From the NCBI GenBank assembly GCA_002104905.1, contig MCFE01000116.1, positions 62,001 through 126,000 on the forward strand: a stretch of 64,000 bases of DNA, read 5' to 3'. Shown here piece by piece: positions 10,682 to 24,328 of this stretch; the first letter of the stretch is position 1, and every line of letters starts with the position of its first letter. The notes below the pieces were generated by a model, which saw only the letters and a list, made by a program, of their open reading frames with translations, was not told where the DNA came from and did not search any database. Both the position numbers and the translations under genes were made by a program. Origin of the DNA: Basidiobolus meristosporus CBS 931.73 (Eukaryota; Fungi; Basidiobolomycota).

Positions 10682-11194
10682 TCAGAAGCCACTTAGCTCT
10701 ATTAATATATCATGTAGTACATTAGTCATTTGAGGCAAAAACTCATTCAAAATCTCTTTGGTTCCCAAAGTTGAGGCACAAACAGACATGTCCAGCCCGT
10801 ACTGTGCAAATTGCGCGCGAAATTGTTCCCGCGCGGCTTCTTTGTCAAATCCCCTCACTCTCAGCTCATTCTTGATTTCAATACTTGTCTTGTTATATAT
10901 CTTTTTACATACATTGGCTGGCATCTTGATGTAGAACTCATGCCACAGCTTCCTACTCAAATTCTTCCATCTTTGTTGACTCTCTGAGGTATCTAGTTCT
11001 GCTAGATTAATCAGTAGTGCCCAAATATCTGTATGAAGGCTCATCATAGACACTTGGACCATACTAAAATCATTTGGCAAGAACTTGAACGGATCCAACA
11101 TCAACTTTTCTGGTCCGGACCGCGCTTGTGAGCTGGGGGATGGGTTTTGTCTGGGTTGTACTAAAGATGAGTTGAGGCTTGGTATGGGGACCAT
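10682..11194 (-). CDS. Hypothetical protein, possibly the Myb/SANT-like accessory ORF of the neighbouring transposase
   Basis: 170-aa ORF divergent from the transposase. QRWKNLSRK is only weakly Myb/SANT-like. Confidence 0.35.
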   Translation of the reverse strand: MVPIPSLNSSLVQPRQNPSPSSQARSGPEKLMLDPFKFLPNDFSMVQVSMMSLHTDIWALLINLAELDTSESQQRWKNLSRKLWHEFYIKMPANVCKKIYNKTSIEIKNELRVRGFDKEAAREQFRAQFAQYGLDMSVCASTLGTKEILNEFLPQMTNVLHDILIELSGF

Positions 11195-11552
11195 AGCAAC
11201 GGATTTGGATACTTATACAGCAGTATATTGGCATCAACCTGGTCTTATATGAAATATATATGAAAACTAAAGTGATTGTTGAATTTTCCATATATTATGC
11301 ATGATGCATCTTGGATTGCGTTGACACGGATCAGATTGCACAATTGCAGATTTCCTATTTGATTATAGACCTATGCCTAAAGCATCAATAAAAGTACCAA
11401 GGCATTGATTGCAGATGATTTTTGCGACATAATGATGGGATACATGGCAATTGATGGAGATTTAACCATAATGTGTTAAAAATCAGATAAATAACGCAGA
11501 TCGCGCCGAATCGATTCAAACCGCCTCCATACAATCATCCACCAGTTTTAAT

Positions 11553-12437
11553 ATGACTTACTCATCTGAATGGTCTTTTCTCATCAATCCCATCACTACC
11601 ACTGGATTTCCTTTTGACACACTGGAGGAGATCTATACTGAGTACTGTGGACCATCAACCCCAATCTGCTCAAGGAGATCCCTTGTTAAGCTTCTCTGCT
11701 ATTACAAGAACTATTGCCCTACAAGGTTTCATCCCACAATCCATGGCAACAAAAGTCCTAGAAGCTTTCATTCCCAGCTGACAGCAATGGAGAACCACCT
11801 TGCAGAGGGTATGAATAACTTAGAGCAAGCTTGGAATACTAGGTTCAGAAGCTCCAATAGACTTCCATATCCCAGAGTGTTCAGCAACAGGTTCCATATC
11901 AGGAGTATTTTAGATACCTTCCCAGTGAGGATTAATAGACCTTCTAGAGGGCAGAGGCACTTTTATTCTGGCAAGTACAAGGCACACTGTGTGAAGTTTC
12001 AAGCACTGTCTGACATTGAGGGTAACATCATCTGGTTTAGTGGGCCATTTGCTGGAAGTAGGCATGACAAAGTACTCTGGGTAGAGAATCATCCTGAATT
12101 CAGTAGAGGGGAGAAATGTATGGCAGACTTAGCCTATATAGGAGAGGATTGTCAGAGATTAGGATGTATTACAGCTTATAGGAAGCCAAGGAATGGTGTG
12201 CTTAGCAGGAGGCAGAAGCTCTACAATGAGATATTTAATCATTTCAGAGTAAGGGTAGAGCACACATTTGGATATCTGAAGAGATTCAGCATATTGGCAG
12301 GTAAATACAGAGGAAAGTCATATATAGGAGAAAACAGCAGAATAGGTAAAATAGTTAAGATACTTATTAATGCACAGTATGTTCATACAAGAAGACATCC
12401 ACTGAGAGATATGTGTCTGGAGCATTATGAAGAGTAA
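11553..12437 (+). mobile_element. DDE_Tnp_4-family transposase (PIF/Harbinger-ISL2EU type)
   Basis: Motifs ILDTFPVRINRP, YSGKYKAHCVKFQ, GSRHD, MADLAYIG and RVRVEHTFGYLKRF. Intact 294-aa ORF; TIRs not identified. Confidence 0.88.
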
Positions 12438-12530
12438 ATAAAGCAAGGAAAGCACTATTCTGAGCAACATAAGTAAGATTGAGTAAAATTACCAGTAACT
12501 GTATCATACCACTGGCATCATGGTAGAAAT

Positions 12531-12604
12531 TATAGTGCCAGATAGTGCCGTAGAGTGCCAGATCAATCTGGCACTATAAACAGGCTGGCACTATGTGGCA
12601 CTAT
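12531..12604. repeat. Inverted repeat / hairpin with reiterated AGTGCC and GGCACT motifs
   Basis: AGTGCCAGAT-CA-ATCTGGCACT centred at 12564-12565, with three AGTGCC on the left and three GGCACT on the right. Confidence 0.75.
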
Positions 12605-13195
12605 CCAACAGAACAAGTCTATTGAGTTGTAACAAGGTATTTATACTTATTGCAAAACTATATACATATAACTATCTGTTACAATATCCACATATGACTC
12701 CCAATGATCATTACATACAGGGATTTGACTGGGCTCATGCATGGTACTGTTGTTAGGGGAGATAGGTTCAAAATCCATCAGTGGACCTTCTTTGTCAGAG
12801 CTATCACTCTGTGTGCCATATTCAGAAGGCTGAGGTGAGCCTAAAGGTGTCAAAAGCTCACCTGACTCAGTTGGTGCAAGGTGACAAAGACAGCCAGGTG
12901 CTAATACAGAAGTATCAACTGGCTGGTAAGAAAATGTTGGTAATAACAGGACAAGCAAATAATAGATGCTGAGCAATCATCATCCCAGGTAGAGAAAGCT
13001 GTATCTTTGCTGCAAAGAAGGATCTCCAGTAGCACAATGTCACAGCCAAGAATTGAGCCATTTCCCAACATATCAGCAGAGGAACAGCAAACAGTCTTTG
13101 ACAACAGTGCCAAAGATAAAGCCCACAGAAAAACCTATCACAGTGTGGGAGGGAGAAAATGTGGTGTTTATACCAAAGCCTAAAAATCAAAGACA

Positions 13196-14354
13196 TTGAA
13201 GATCTGTGAAGCCATTGAGTGCAACAATGAACAGTGGGCTAATATTCAAGAAGCCATCAGAAGTCTTGCACACCATTACCTCAAGGCTGGCATACCATGG
13301 GACCATCAGGAACTCAAGGCCAAGCAGAATGTACTTGACTTGTTCCATGAGCATTATCCTGGGTTCAGCTGGGCAAATGGATTTTGGGCCAGTATTTGTA
13401 TGCTAGGAAAGTATCTTAAGAATGACAGATACTATCAAAGTCAGAAGAACACGGGTGCCATGGCTAAAAGCCAGCAGCTTCCTCAAGAGCTGTTACAAGC
13501 AGGGCCAAAAGCTCCAGACAAGTGTTAAAGAGACATCAAGTAGCTTGAAGAGTGCCAATTAGGGACAAGCAGGCAGACACAAATGCACCAGCACAACATT
13601 TATCAAGAAAAAAGTGTAGAACAACTCAAGCAGCACTCATTCAAAGTGGCAGTGAAGGACCTAGCAGTGATAAAAACCAGCCACTCTTACAGGAGTCTGT
13701 CACAACTACAGTTGAGAGCTCAAAACAAGCTGAAAAGAGACATCATGTTACCAGAAGAGTGCCAGCAAGGGACAAGCAGGACAAAACAGATGGGTCAGAG
13801 CAGAATTTATCCAGGAGAAAACATAGTTCTTTACAAGCAGCACTCAGACAAAGTAGCAGTTAAATACCTGGCAGGAATAAAGGAAAAGGTAAAGGGAGAA
13901 ATGTCTACCCAAGCCTCAGAAAGGGAGTCATGCAAAAAAACTGCAGTTCTTGCCAATCAACACTGCAAGCCTGGAACAGACAAAATCCCTTCATAGCAAA
14001 GAAGATTTACCAACAAGACAACAGCTGTTTTTATAAGAGTTGGAAGCACAGCCAGTTGAGCTACACTGCAGCAAGGTAGATGAGTTTGCAGAAAAAGGCA
14101 ACTTGTCTACCACAGCCTCCACATCCTTCATTGTTGACAGAGTGGAGATCCCACTGACAGACAAGGCTACAATGTCAAGAACTCAAAAGACTATCACAAT
14201 GCCTTCAGTGAAATTTTGCAACATCAATAGGCACACCAAGAGTTTGCAGCACTTCTTCAAGAGCAGTGCTCATGAAAATGCACTGGTATATTACAAGGAT
14301 TTAATGCAAAGACTGGCAGATGAGGTGAAAGCCGTGGGGTTCCTGCCAAAGTAG
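13196..14354 (+). pseudogene. Fragmented ORF of unknown, probably TE-associated, family with an internal ~207 bp duplication
   Basis: Consecutive broken ORFs (13196, 13552/13583, 14040). 13528-13690 resembles 13735-13875. The DNA is CpG-poor like the neighbouring TEs. Confidence 0.4.
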
Positions 14355-15747
14355 CGGGACCAGAGCATTACAGCAGAAATACTTATTGAGTAGTGGATTT
14401 TAATGGAGTTACTTGTTGAGTGTGGGGTTGGGCTTAATGTTAGTGTAGAGTGTAGGGACTTGTATAGGTCAATACAATTGGCAATTCAGGTACAATTGAA
14501 GTTTCAACAGAAATAAATCAATATGTATGCATGAAAAGTAAGAGAAATGGTTAAGTCAGGAAGTAAGGAGTGTAAGAAAGAGGCAATAGCCAATCAATGC
14601 ACACAAATGTAGGAGGCAATAGAGTATCCAGGATCAGAAAGTGAGCAAATTGGCAGGGAACCAACCAAAAGCCACTTGTACATTGTTGTGATCAAAAATC
14701 TTGACTAAGTTTTTTGTGAAATCTGGTGTGCAATTATTTTTCAATGGTCTCTAGACAGTGTCCTGATGGGATCAGTACCTTTAAGTCATGGGACTTTAAT
14801 TTTGTGACGGCCTTTTGATGGGATCATAACAATAATCTTTCATAGGGGCCACTGTACTGCCATAATAATGCCAGCAGAGGTTAGCCATGGAGCTGTCAGA
14901 ATGCTGCCAAGTTTCTAGCCATAAAATGCAATTGGATGTATTGGCTGGCTAGGTCTGCTCAAATAAAAGAAGAGTGCATCAGGACCATCAGAATTCCATG
15001 CAATACCTGCTCAGAGACTGCTGAAACACCATCATCTTTTTTGCTTTATTTCACAGTTAAATCAGAAAAATACCAATACAATCCTGTCTTAAGCTTGTAT
15101 GGAGAGTCAATAATTCAAGCTGCTGGGATTATAATGAAAATACTATGGGATCCTGGCAGCTGATCTGGATTGGATTCAGCTGCCGGACCAAATTAGTTTT
15201 CATAGGGACCAAAAACAGACAATAGCACTCAGTGCACCAGAATAAATCTGCAGAATGAGTGCCCAAGATTAGCAAGTGAGAGAAAAGACCAGGAACCAAT
15301 CAATAGTAACCTAGGAGCTGACCAAGTTAGAAACTTTACCATGTGTTCTTTGACTTTCAGTGAACAAACATACCCTAACACTCTTTATACAGTGTTTTGA
15401 TGCCATTTATATCAGTAAGTCACAGAATCTTGATATTTTACCAATACTTTGACAGGATTATCAGAGTTTTTTTATTAGACATTATGCACATTGAGGTCAG
15501 GTCCTTTATTTTCTCTTCCTACACTTTGTAGCATCCTCTCTAACATCCTTAGATGTGCATGCTTCTCTCATTGCAAAACCTTAAATGCCTCTTTCCTTTA
15601 TTATCATCTGATTCTGTGCCATCCAGATTTGGTGGTTGAATTGATGCAATTGTTTGGTACAGGGAAGAGCTCAGTTATATCAGTACTGGGGACTGCTATG
15701 AGTACAATCAGGGGGTTGATGGCCTGCTGCCAGAGTATTGATAATAA

Positions 15748-16095
15748 TGCTGTGAGAGTCTTGGAGATATTGGAAGTGATTGGGAGACAAGTAGATTATG
15801 TGGTTTTCACTTAATGATTTATTGAATGTAAAAGTAGTATTTATACTTTTACATGGTCTTGGCATTACAAACACATAGAATAGGTTAAGGAAGGTCCCAA
15901 GAACATGTGTGCAAAGTTTGGGGCTGTTTGGACAACTTTGAGAATTTTCATGTTCTGGGTACCTGGTACTTGGGTGCAAATATTCCAAGTAAATCCCAAC
16001 AAGGAACTTGGTCAGTATTCTCTAGGATTTGAAGGTGATGATCTAAGTGACTAAGTTAGATGAATATTTAGGTGGAAATACAAATTTCTACAACA
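15748..16095 (-). repeat. 3' LTR
   Basis: About 14 substitutions and 2 indels versus 20081-20428 (hand count, ~95% identity). Confidence 0.92.
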
Positions 16096-16192
16096 CTCCC
16101 ACTCAGCTAAATGTTCATACTGACTAGTCCTAATTTTGACCTAAGATATTCAAACTTGTCTCTAGCTAATGGTTTGGTAAATATGTCCTCAA

Positions 16193-16483
16193 TCATTTCA
16201 TCTGTAGGACAGTAACTAAGCTAACTAAGTTGTTCTCTATAGCTTCATGTATGAAATGATGTCTAATATCTATGTGCTTGGTTCTAGCATGAAAAGTTTG
16301 ATTTCTACCTAGTTGTATACATCCTTGATTATCTTGAAATAAAGTAATGGGCGTTTTTTGACATAGGCCTAAATCTGTAAAAAGCTTTCTTAACCACATT
16401 ATTTCTTTTGTAACTTCACAGGCTGCCATATACTCTGCCTCTGTAGTGAAAGTGCTATGGTTGGTTGCTTTCTTGAATTCCAT
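16193..16483 (-). pseudogene. Copia RNase H fragment
   Basis: TTEAEYMAA...WLRKL...HARTKHIDIRHHFIHE. Confidence 0.9.
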
Positions 16484-16527
16484 GAAATTGCTCCTTTACA
16501 GTAAAGAAAGGTGTATCCTGTGGTGGA

Positions 16528-17616
16528 TCATCTGTCTTCTAAATATTGTCCCCAATCAGCATCAGAGTATCCCACAAGATCCTGTTCTGAATCCTTATAA
16601 GTGTATCTTAAGCAGATATCAGCAGTTCCTTTTAGGTATCTAAAAATCCGCTTAACTGCTGCAATATGATCAGATCCATAGTTCTGATTATGTTGGCTGA
16701 CAACTACCAATGAATATGAGATATCTGGACGTGTTTCAAGCATGATATACATCAGACTGCCAGCCATAGATTGATAAGGAAAGTCAGGGCTTTCAGATGG
16801 CACCAAGCTCTCTTGATTTGGTTGAGTTTTGACCAAGTTAAGGTTTGTCTCCATTGGGGTAGCTGCCAGTTTACAGTCTTCCATTTGGTACTTCTTTAGT
16901 ACATCTTGAATATACTTGGATTGGCTTAGGGTGATAGTCTGGGTACTTCTGTCTATGGAGAACTTAATCCCTGAGTAGTAACTGAGTTCTCCTAGATTGG
17001 ACATCTTGAACTCTTTAGATAGGCTGAATTTAGTCTCTTCCAATGTTGCTAGGTTATTGGTGGCTATAATAAGATCATCCGCATATAGAGCTAATAGAGC
17101 TGGATTTGCTCTATCTGGCTTATAATATATACTATAGTCAGCATTACTTCTTTTGAAACTCAAAGATTCCAGATAAGAATCTATCTTGCAATTCCAGGCT
17201 CTTGGTAATTGTTTGAGACCATATGGTGACTTTTTAAGCTTGCAGACCAAATGGGGGTTATCTTGGTCAACAAACCCATCAGGCTGGTCCATATACAAGT
17301 CCTCATCAAGTTTTCCATTCAAAAATGCAGTTTTTACATCCATTTGATGAATAAAAAACTTATATTTGGCTGCAATAGCCAAAATTAACCTGATGGAATT
17401 AAACTTAGCTACCGGTGCAAAGGTCTCAGTATAGTCAAGTCCTTTTGTTTGAGAGTATCCTTTGGCTACAAGTCTTGCTTTGTATCTTTCAATTGTACCA
17501 TCAGCCTTGTATTTTGTCTTGACAACCCATCTGCATCCAATTGATTTTTGGTTGATTGGTAATTTGACTAAGTCCCAAGTTTGATTTTCCATCAGGGCCT
17601 GATATTCCTCAGTCAT
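16528..17616 (-). pseudogene. Copia reverse transcriptase (RVT_2) fragment
   Basis: YKARLVAKGYSQ, QMDVKTAFLNG, LYADDLII, YSDADW. Confidence 0.93.
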
Positions 17617-18093
17617 TGCAGATCTCCAAAACTTTGTCTGAGGGCTATTTAGGGCCTCTTTTACAGTCTGGGGTTTATAAATATGGACTGAATCGGCATA
17701 GGCTAAGTTTGTACCCTAATTGATATAGTAATTTGGGCTATTTCTTGTCCAATTGGATCACCAGGCATTTGATACTGGAACGATCACTTCTGGGATATTC
17801 CTGGGCACTGATTATGGCTGAACCACGGTTGTAGAGTCCTCTGGAGTGAAAAAATTTTCATTGTTTTGCTCTGATTCAATCCCAACAATTGGTGGATTTG
17901 AGATCAAATTTTTGTCATCATCTGATGTCATTTTTTGTCTAAATTAGGAATTTTCATCAAACAATGCATCCCTGGACTTGATCAGCTTCTTTGCTTTGGT
18001 ATTGTAGAGTCTGTATGCCTTACTCTCATTGCAGTAGCCCAAAAATATGCATTTTACACTTTTTGGCTCAAATTTTGACTGATTTCCAGCCAG

Positions 18094-18876
18094 TTATTTG
18101 GCATCTGCTGTACACCCAAATATTCTTAGATATTCTGCACTTGGTCTGTATCCATACCATGCTTCAAATGGAGTAGAATCACAAAGTATTCTGTTATAAC
18201 TCCTATTTTGAAGGTATACAGCAGTGGCAACTGATTCCGCCCAAAAATCGTAGGATAATTTTTGATCACAGATCATAGATCTTGCCATATCAATTATTGA
18301 TCTGTTAGCTTGTTCCACTACTCCATTTTGCTGTGGGGAGTATGGTAGAGTAGTCTCTTGCTTTATCCCATGAATTTTGCAGAAGTGGATGAATAGTTTT
18401 GAGATATGTTCTCCACCATTGTCAGAGCATATTTTCTTGATTTTTTCACCAGTTTCTCTCTCCACCATGGCTTTAAACTCCCTGAACTTAGACAGAGCTT
18501 CTTCCTTTCTCTCCATGAAGTAGACCCATGTGTATCTTGTATCACCATCAATAATAGTGATTAAATACTTTATCCTGCCTAAGGATAAATTTTGCATAGG
18601 TCCACACAGATCTGAGTGAATTAGCTCTAATTTTTTCTTAGTTTTGATTAACCCAGAGCTCTTGAACGGTTGTCTGGCTTGTTTCCCATATATGCAGGCT
18701 TCACAGTGCTCCAAATTAGCTGGGGGATCAGTTTTCACTCCAGATATTAGCTGATCTTTGATCATTTTACGCAAATAATCAAAATTGATGTGTCCAAATC
18801 TCCTGTGCCAAAGCATTGGTGTTTCTTCAATTAAGTTACTTATATTGGCTTCCAAGTATGATGGAATATAAGTCAA
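18094..18876 (-). pseudogene. Copia GAG-pre-integrase plus integrase core fragment
   Basis: LWHRRFGH, CEACIYGKQ, HSDLCGP, SDNGGE, PQQNGVVE. Confidence 0.93.
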
Positions 18877-18879
18877 CTT

Positions 18880-20076
18880 TTATAGATTTGGATCTCTGAT
18901 GCCTGAAGCAATATGGGCACCATTTTGGTCAGTGATCCTGCATCCAGAATTGTCAAAACTGAAACTGAGTCCTTCCGCTGTGACCTTGCTTACAGATAGT
19001 AGGTTCTTGGCTATTTCTGGTATATAGAGTACTTCTTTAAAGGTCAGTGTATGGCTTCCTTCACTGCTTCTAAGGTTTACTTGGATAGTTCCTTCTCCCA
19101 CTGCATCAAGTGTTCTATTGTCACCCATGAAAACCTTCTTAATTGGAATTTCTTGATATTGGGTAAAAAGTTCTTTTTGGTGTGTAAAGTGTTGAGAAGC
19201 TCCAGAGTCAATATACCACATCTGAGAATCCTTGTTTGTGGTCATATTTAGTGCAGATATGAATAGTCTGTCTTCAGTTGTTGCAGCATTTCTATATTCA
19301 GGCTTCTTTTGCTGATTATCTTTCTTTTTGAGACATTGGTCTGATGTGTGTCCTTTCCTTTTACAGTAGTTACAAAACAGGTTGCTGTTGCCTTTGTAGG
19401 GTCTTGGGTACCTCCTTTGTTGGTTATCAATGCTTATTAAAGCATTTTCTTCTTCCTTCTTATTGGCGCTTGATTTTCTTAATTCTTCATCCAGGAGCCT
19501 TCCATATACGTAATTTAAGGTCAAATCTTCAGTTCTGGACTCTAGGGCTGATACAAGGCCCTGAAACTTGTCTGTCAGGCTATTCAGAATGGTAACTATC
19601 ACATCTTCATCAGTAGTTGGTACGCCCACAGATTCCATCTCATGTACCAGCAGGGTAATTCTGTTAATAAGATTTTTCATTTCTTCTCCTGGCAGCATCT
19701 TTGTAGTAAAGAATTTTCATCTCAGATACATTTTTTTAGCAGCTGAACATGACTGGTAGGTGTCTTCTAATGCCTTCCAGGCATTCTTTGCCGTTTTTGC
19801 TCTTGAGCATTTAATTAGCAATTTGTCTTTAACATTATGGCAAATGCAGTTAAAGGCACTTTGTTCTTTCTTCTGGTACTTTAAGGCTTCCTCTCCCATG
19901 TTTTTAGGGAGGCATTCTTCTCCCATGACAATATCCCAAAGGCCTCTTTCTTGTAGCAGCATCTTCATCTTCACCTTCCATACTTGGTAGTTAGAGCCAT
20001 CCAACTTTTTAGCAGAGGGAAAAATTCCAGTAATAGCAGTAGTAGACATTGCAGAGAGTGACAGCTTGGGGCTCAT
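18880..20076 (-). pseudogene. Copia gag (zinc knuckle) and protease, split into two ORFs
   Basis: KLDGSNYQVWK, CNYCKRKGHTSDQC, WYIDSGASQH. Confidence 0.92.
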
Positions 20077-20080
20077 AACC

Positions 20081-20428
20081 TGTTGTAAGAGTCTGGAGAT
20101 ATTGGAAGTGATTGGGAGGACAAGTAGATTATGTGGTTTTCTCTTAATGATTTATTGAATGTAAAAGTAGTATTTATACTTTTACATGGTCTTGGCATTA
20201 CAAACACATAGAATAGGTTAAGGAAGGTTCCAAGAACATGTGTGCAAAGTTTGGGGCTGTTTGGACAACTTTGAGAATTTTCATGTTCTGGGTACCTGAT
20301 ACTTTGGTGAAAATATTCCAAGTAAATCCTGACAAGGAATTTGGTCAGTATTCTCTAGGATTTGAAGGTGATGATCTAAGTGACCAAGTTAGGTGAATAT
20401 TTAGGTGGAAATACAAATTTTTACATCA
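20081..20428 (-). repeat. 5' LTR
   Basis: Adjacent to the PBS; matches 15748-16095. Confidence 0.92.
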
Positions 20429-21265
20429 AATAATGGATGCAACTCAGTAATCCAGTAGGTTAATTTGTTATCACATTTAAAATGTGTTGAATATAGCAGC
20501 ATTATATATAAATTTACATGATCCTGGCAGAAGCAATGCATTAATATGCTTAAAAAGGTTGCTAGAGCATGTGGCAAATTTTGGAGGCCTTTGGACACCT
20601 TTGAGTCAGCATGTCCTGATTACATGATATCCTGATCAAATCTTTGAAGTATATCCCAGCAAGGAGTGTAGGTATGTTATACTAGGATTCATGGGCTATG
20701 ATGCAAGTGGTCAAGTTAATCAAGTGCTTGAACCACCAGCACACATGAACATGTATTCATATATATATATATATGTATGTGTATGATCAGGTACAATGAG
20801 TTGGTAACATGAACCAATTTTCTGTACAAATGGCTCTAGCTAATGAATGGGTGATTCAAATCCTCCATCAAATGGTATTATACCCATCATGTGCAAGGTG
20901 GAATACATTACGCTAATTCAGGGTATCTAGATCTAACTGACCACTGCAAATTTGGACGATCCAAGTCTAAATATGGGCAAGTGATTAATGACAAAATTAA
21001 GGCTATTTTTAAGCTACCAATGGTCGCTTGGTAACCCGCCCAAGAAACTTACCCCTTTCATTCACAATTCCCCATCCACCTCGATACCAGAAGTGGATAC
21101 CAGTGCCTAACCCTTCTTGGAACCGCTTACCCTTACCAAATGTGTCACCCCTTTCTCCATCCCCCAAATTCCGATCACCTTCCCCTCCCACTGGCAACTC
21201 TGCGAAAGGGTGGGTATTGTGTTGTTGACCCTCCATCGATATCTCTTCTTGCCGCGACAGAAGTA

Positions 21266-24200
21266 ATGAGCTACGTGGACGCATTTTTGGTAAACCAATT
21301 AGTTCAACTACAACCCACCTACCTTCAAATGGACCCTGCTTCCCCTTGCTCTCCGTTGGTATTTCCACCTCCATACTAAATCTTCCCTCTCAACCTTTGC
21401 CTTGCCCAGAATGAACGGCCCAAAGCCGCGTACGATATCCTCTCCTCCCGCCTAAAAGATGGGAAAGTGTTATTCGAGGAGATCTCCGAATGGTTTCGTG
21501 AGCGGTGAGTCATCCGAAGGGGGAGAGTGCCCTTGTCATCAAACCACCAACACTAATCCTTGCCAGGGCACAAATAGAGGAAGCCTATTCGAAGTCTCTG
21601 AGCAAGCTCGGCTCCAAAAGGCTCGGTCAGGAGTCCAATTTAGGGTAAGTTTGGGTTAGAGCCGTAACAGAATTGCCTACTCAAACCTTTCCTAGGACTT
21701 TCTCAAAGGTATGGTCGACGGTCATTGAGGAAACCAAGGAGGTGGCTGAGCTCCATTCGGAACTGAGCAAGGTCATAGCGGAGAAGATCGCCAAGCCGTT
21801 GAAAGAGCACGTCGTGGAAGATGAGCTTTGGAGTCATATTAAAAGTGTAGGTGGCACGCATAGCCTAGCATACCGATTCGGAATTAATCTGGTGGAATGA
21901 CAGCACGAACTACCTATCGCCAAAATCGTCAAAGAGTATGACGAGCGAATGTTGAAAGTGGCCAGGGTGCGTAGAGTCATATGTAGATGGTAGTAGTGGA
22001 AGCAGTAGTAACTGGTCGCTTTGCTGTTTTCATGTCAATAGGCCAAAAAGGTCGCGGAGAAGGAGAAAACGGTTGGCAAGAAGGCCACCACCTCAAGTAG
22101 GCCAATCTAGCACCATTTTCACTGCTATGAGAATCTAATCATACGCCAAGTTATCAAAACACTGACCAAGGCCAAGGAGCCGAAACTAGACGATAGCCAA
22201 AGGGCGTTGGACGAGACTATTCACAAATGGACCAGCGAGGCACCTGCTCTGATCGAGGTGAGCCAATCATGGATTTCGACGGCCTTCAACGGCAACTAAC
22301 CCCGCCCAGAAATACCATCAAATCGACCAGAAGAGACTGGAAACTCTCAAACAACATATGGGCACCTTTGCTAACGGAGTAATCGAGTTGTGCCAAAACC
22401 ATCTACGGGTAAGTCTCATTGATCCCTGATTGCCACGCAGACCACTTCATCTTGTCCATCCTCGGCCAGATCGGCGAAGTAACGTCGAAATCAGTGGAGG
22501 CGTTCGATGTTCAGCAGGAGATGGAAGAGTTTTGCTCCACGAAGAAGTTGGGAATCGAGCCACTTGGTAAGGCAAGCTTGAATGAACTCAATGTCATACC
22601 CCCGCTAACGCGCTTCCATAGCTTCACCCAGCGAACTGTCACTTGGTAAGCAATTTATTCGGAGATGAGAGAGGTCATGATAGCTGAACGTTGACTTTTC
22701 GAAGGGTACCACGCTTCCAATGCCAGTAAAAGCAGTATCACCGATGCGCAGAGCGTTAAAACAACGTATGTCCTAGAAGCATGTACGTCGTAGGTCATAG
22801 CTAACCCAAGACCCGTTGCAGGCATACAGATACCTCGGCTACTAACGGTGAAGTCGCTAATGGAGCGTCCCGAGCGGTGAGTTCTCTGATATTCCTTACG
22901 CACTCGAGTCATGCTAAATCCACATTCCAAGCCCACCATCGTCGTTGATGAAGAGGGCTATTCTGTACCTCCTGCTGAGAACTCCATGTGGAACCAACCT
23001 CCAGATTCCCCAACCGAAGAGCCTGACACCCCAGAGAATATTGAAGACCCTGAGGAGTAAGTCTTGCGCATCGCACTGACCGAAGCACCCCAGCCATCTC
23101 ACCCATCCATATCAGGCCAGATACCCCTCGAATGAAGATCGACATCAAGGAGAGCGCCATCACTGAGGAGCCTGAAGAAGCTGACAGGGCACTCTCACGG
23201 GTCAGCACCACACTTCGTTTGGTAAATATGTAGATTATGAGGTGACTCCTGGTTCTCCACGAAACTGAATTCCTGGAAATCTAGAAAAACACAGTCAAGC
23301 AAACCACCAGGGGCAGACGCGAGTAAGTAGATGCCAGCACGTCCACCTAGTAGGAAACACGGGCAATAACATATCTTGCCAGAACAAAGCGTAGGGTTTC
23401 CACCATCGACTGGGAGTCCAATTCGACCGACTCATTCCCGTCTTCGCCCAGCTCGATGTACTTCGAGGGAGGGAAATCGGAGTTTCCTTTCAACTCCGCG
23501 AACAGCCTACGAGGATTCAACTCGTCGCTTTCACCCAGAGCGGACGCCTTGAACGCAAGATTTTCCGTCATCAACAACCCGGCGTTCTTCATGTCGGAGC
23601 AGCCACTTCAGGTCAGAGTCACTGAGAATCTGAATGTTCTTTTACTTCCTACTGGAGAGATATCCAAAGTGTTCATCACTGGTGACATCGCCGTCCGAGG
23701 AAGTTACAGTGACGAGTCACCATTGAAACTGGTTGTGAAGGGCTACGAAGAGCTGGAAAAGAAGGTTCTCAACTATAAGCATGTGAAAGCGGATGCGGAG
23801 GAAGGGGTGTACTCGCTAGATAATCTCTCTCAGTTGAACAATCAGGAGGGAGCGCTGGTTCTCAAGTATCAAACGAAAATCGACCCGAATAGCCTTGGCA
23901 AGTATGTTCCATTGCTACTGAAGTCCGCATGGAAGTGTGAGGAGAATCTTACCTCTCTGGTGGTTCAATACAAACCCAACCCCGACTTTCAAACGGAGAC
24001 TGGGGAGTGGTCACTTAAGAATCTATCGTTCGTCTTACCGGTGGTGAATACCATCAATGTCCAATCCAAGCCAACCGGGGTTTGGAGTAATGAGAAGCAA
24101 AGGCTATTATGGCGAATGAATGATCTCAACTCCGACGAGGATGAACACAAACTGCTGGCTCGGTTCGAAACCACCGCCAAGGGAGCCCCAACCTCCATCG

Positions 24201-24328
24201 CTGCCAAATTCTCTTACAATGGGGCATCGGTATCGGGGCTAAATGTCCAGCTCAAGTCGAGCAGCAACCAGATTTTCGTGCAGACAGAGTATCGAACCAA
24301 TACCGGAAAATATATTCTAACCCCCTGA
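21266..24328 (+). CDS. SYP1: Muniscin family endocytic adaptor (Syp1/FCHO-like): N-terminal F-BAR and C-terminal mu-homology domain, multi-exon
   Basis: Spliced reading MSYVDAFL|NERPKAAYDILSSRLKDGKVLFEEISEWFRER|..IEEAYSKSLSKL (FCH motif), with GT-AG introns. Final exon gives VTENLNVLL...GDIAV...KYVPLLLKSAWKCE...SKPTGVW...KLLARF...GKY. Internal exon boundaries only partly resolved. Confidence 0.85.

Larger units (their letters stand above)
15748..20428 (-). mobile_element. Full-length degenerate Ty1/copia retrotransposon
   Basis: Two 348-bp LTRs and a perfect TSD AATAA/AATAA. Copia-type PBS GGTTATGAGCCC and PPT GAGTGGGAG. Domain order is gag-PR-IN-RT-RH. Confidence 0.96.

Noticed and set aside
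15151-15188. GC-rich hairpin GGCAGCTGA...TCAGCTGCC as a Helitron 3' end
   Set aside because: No CTRR terminus at the expected distance and no Rep/helicase nearby.
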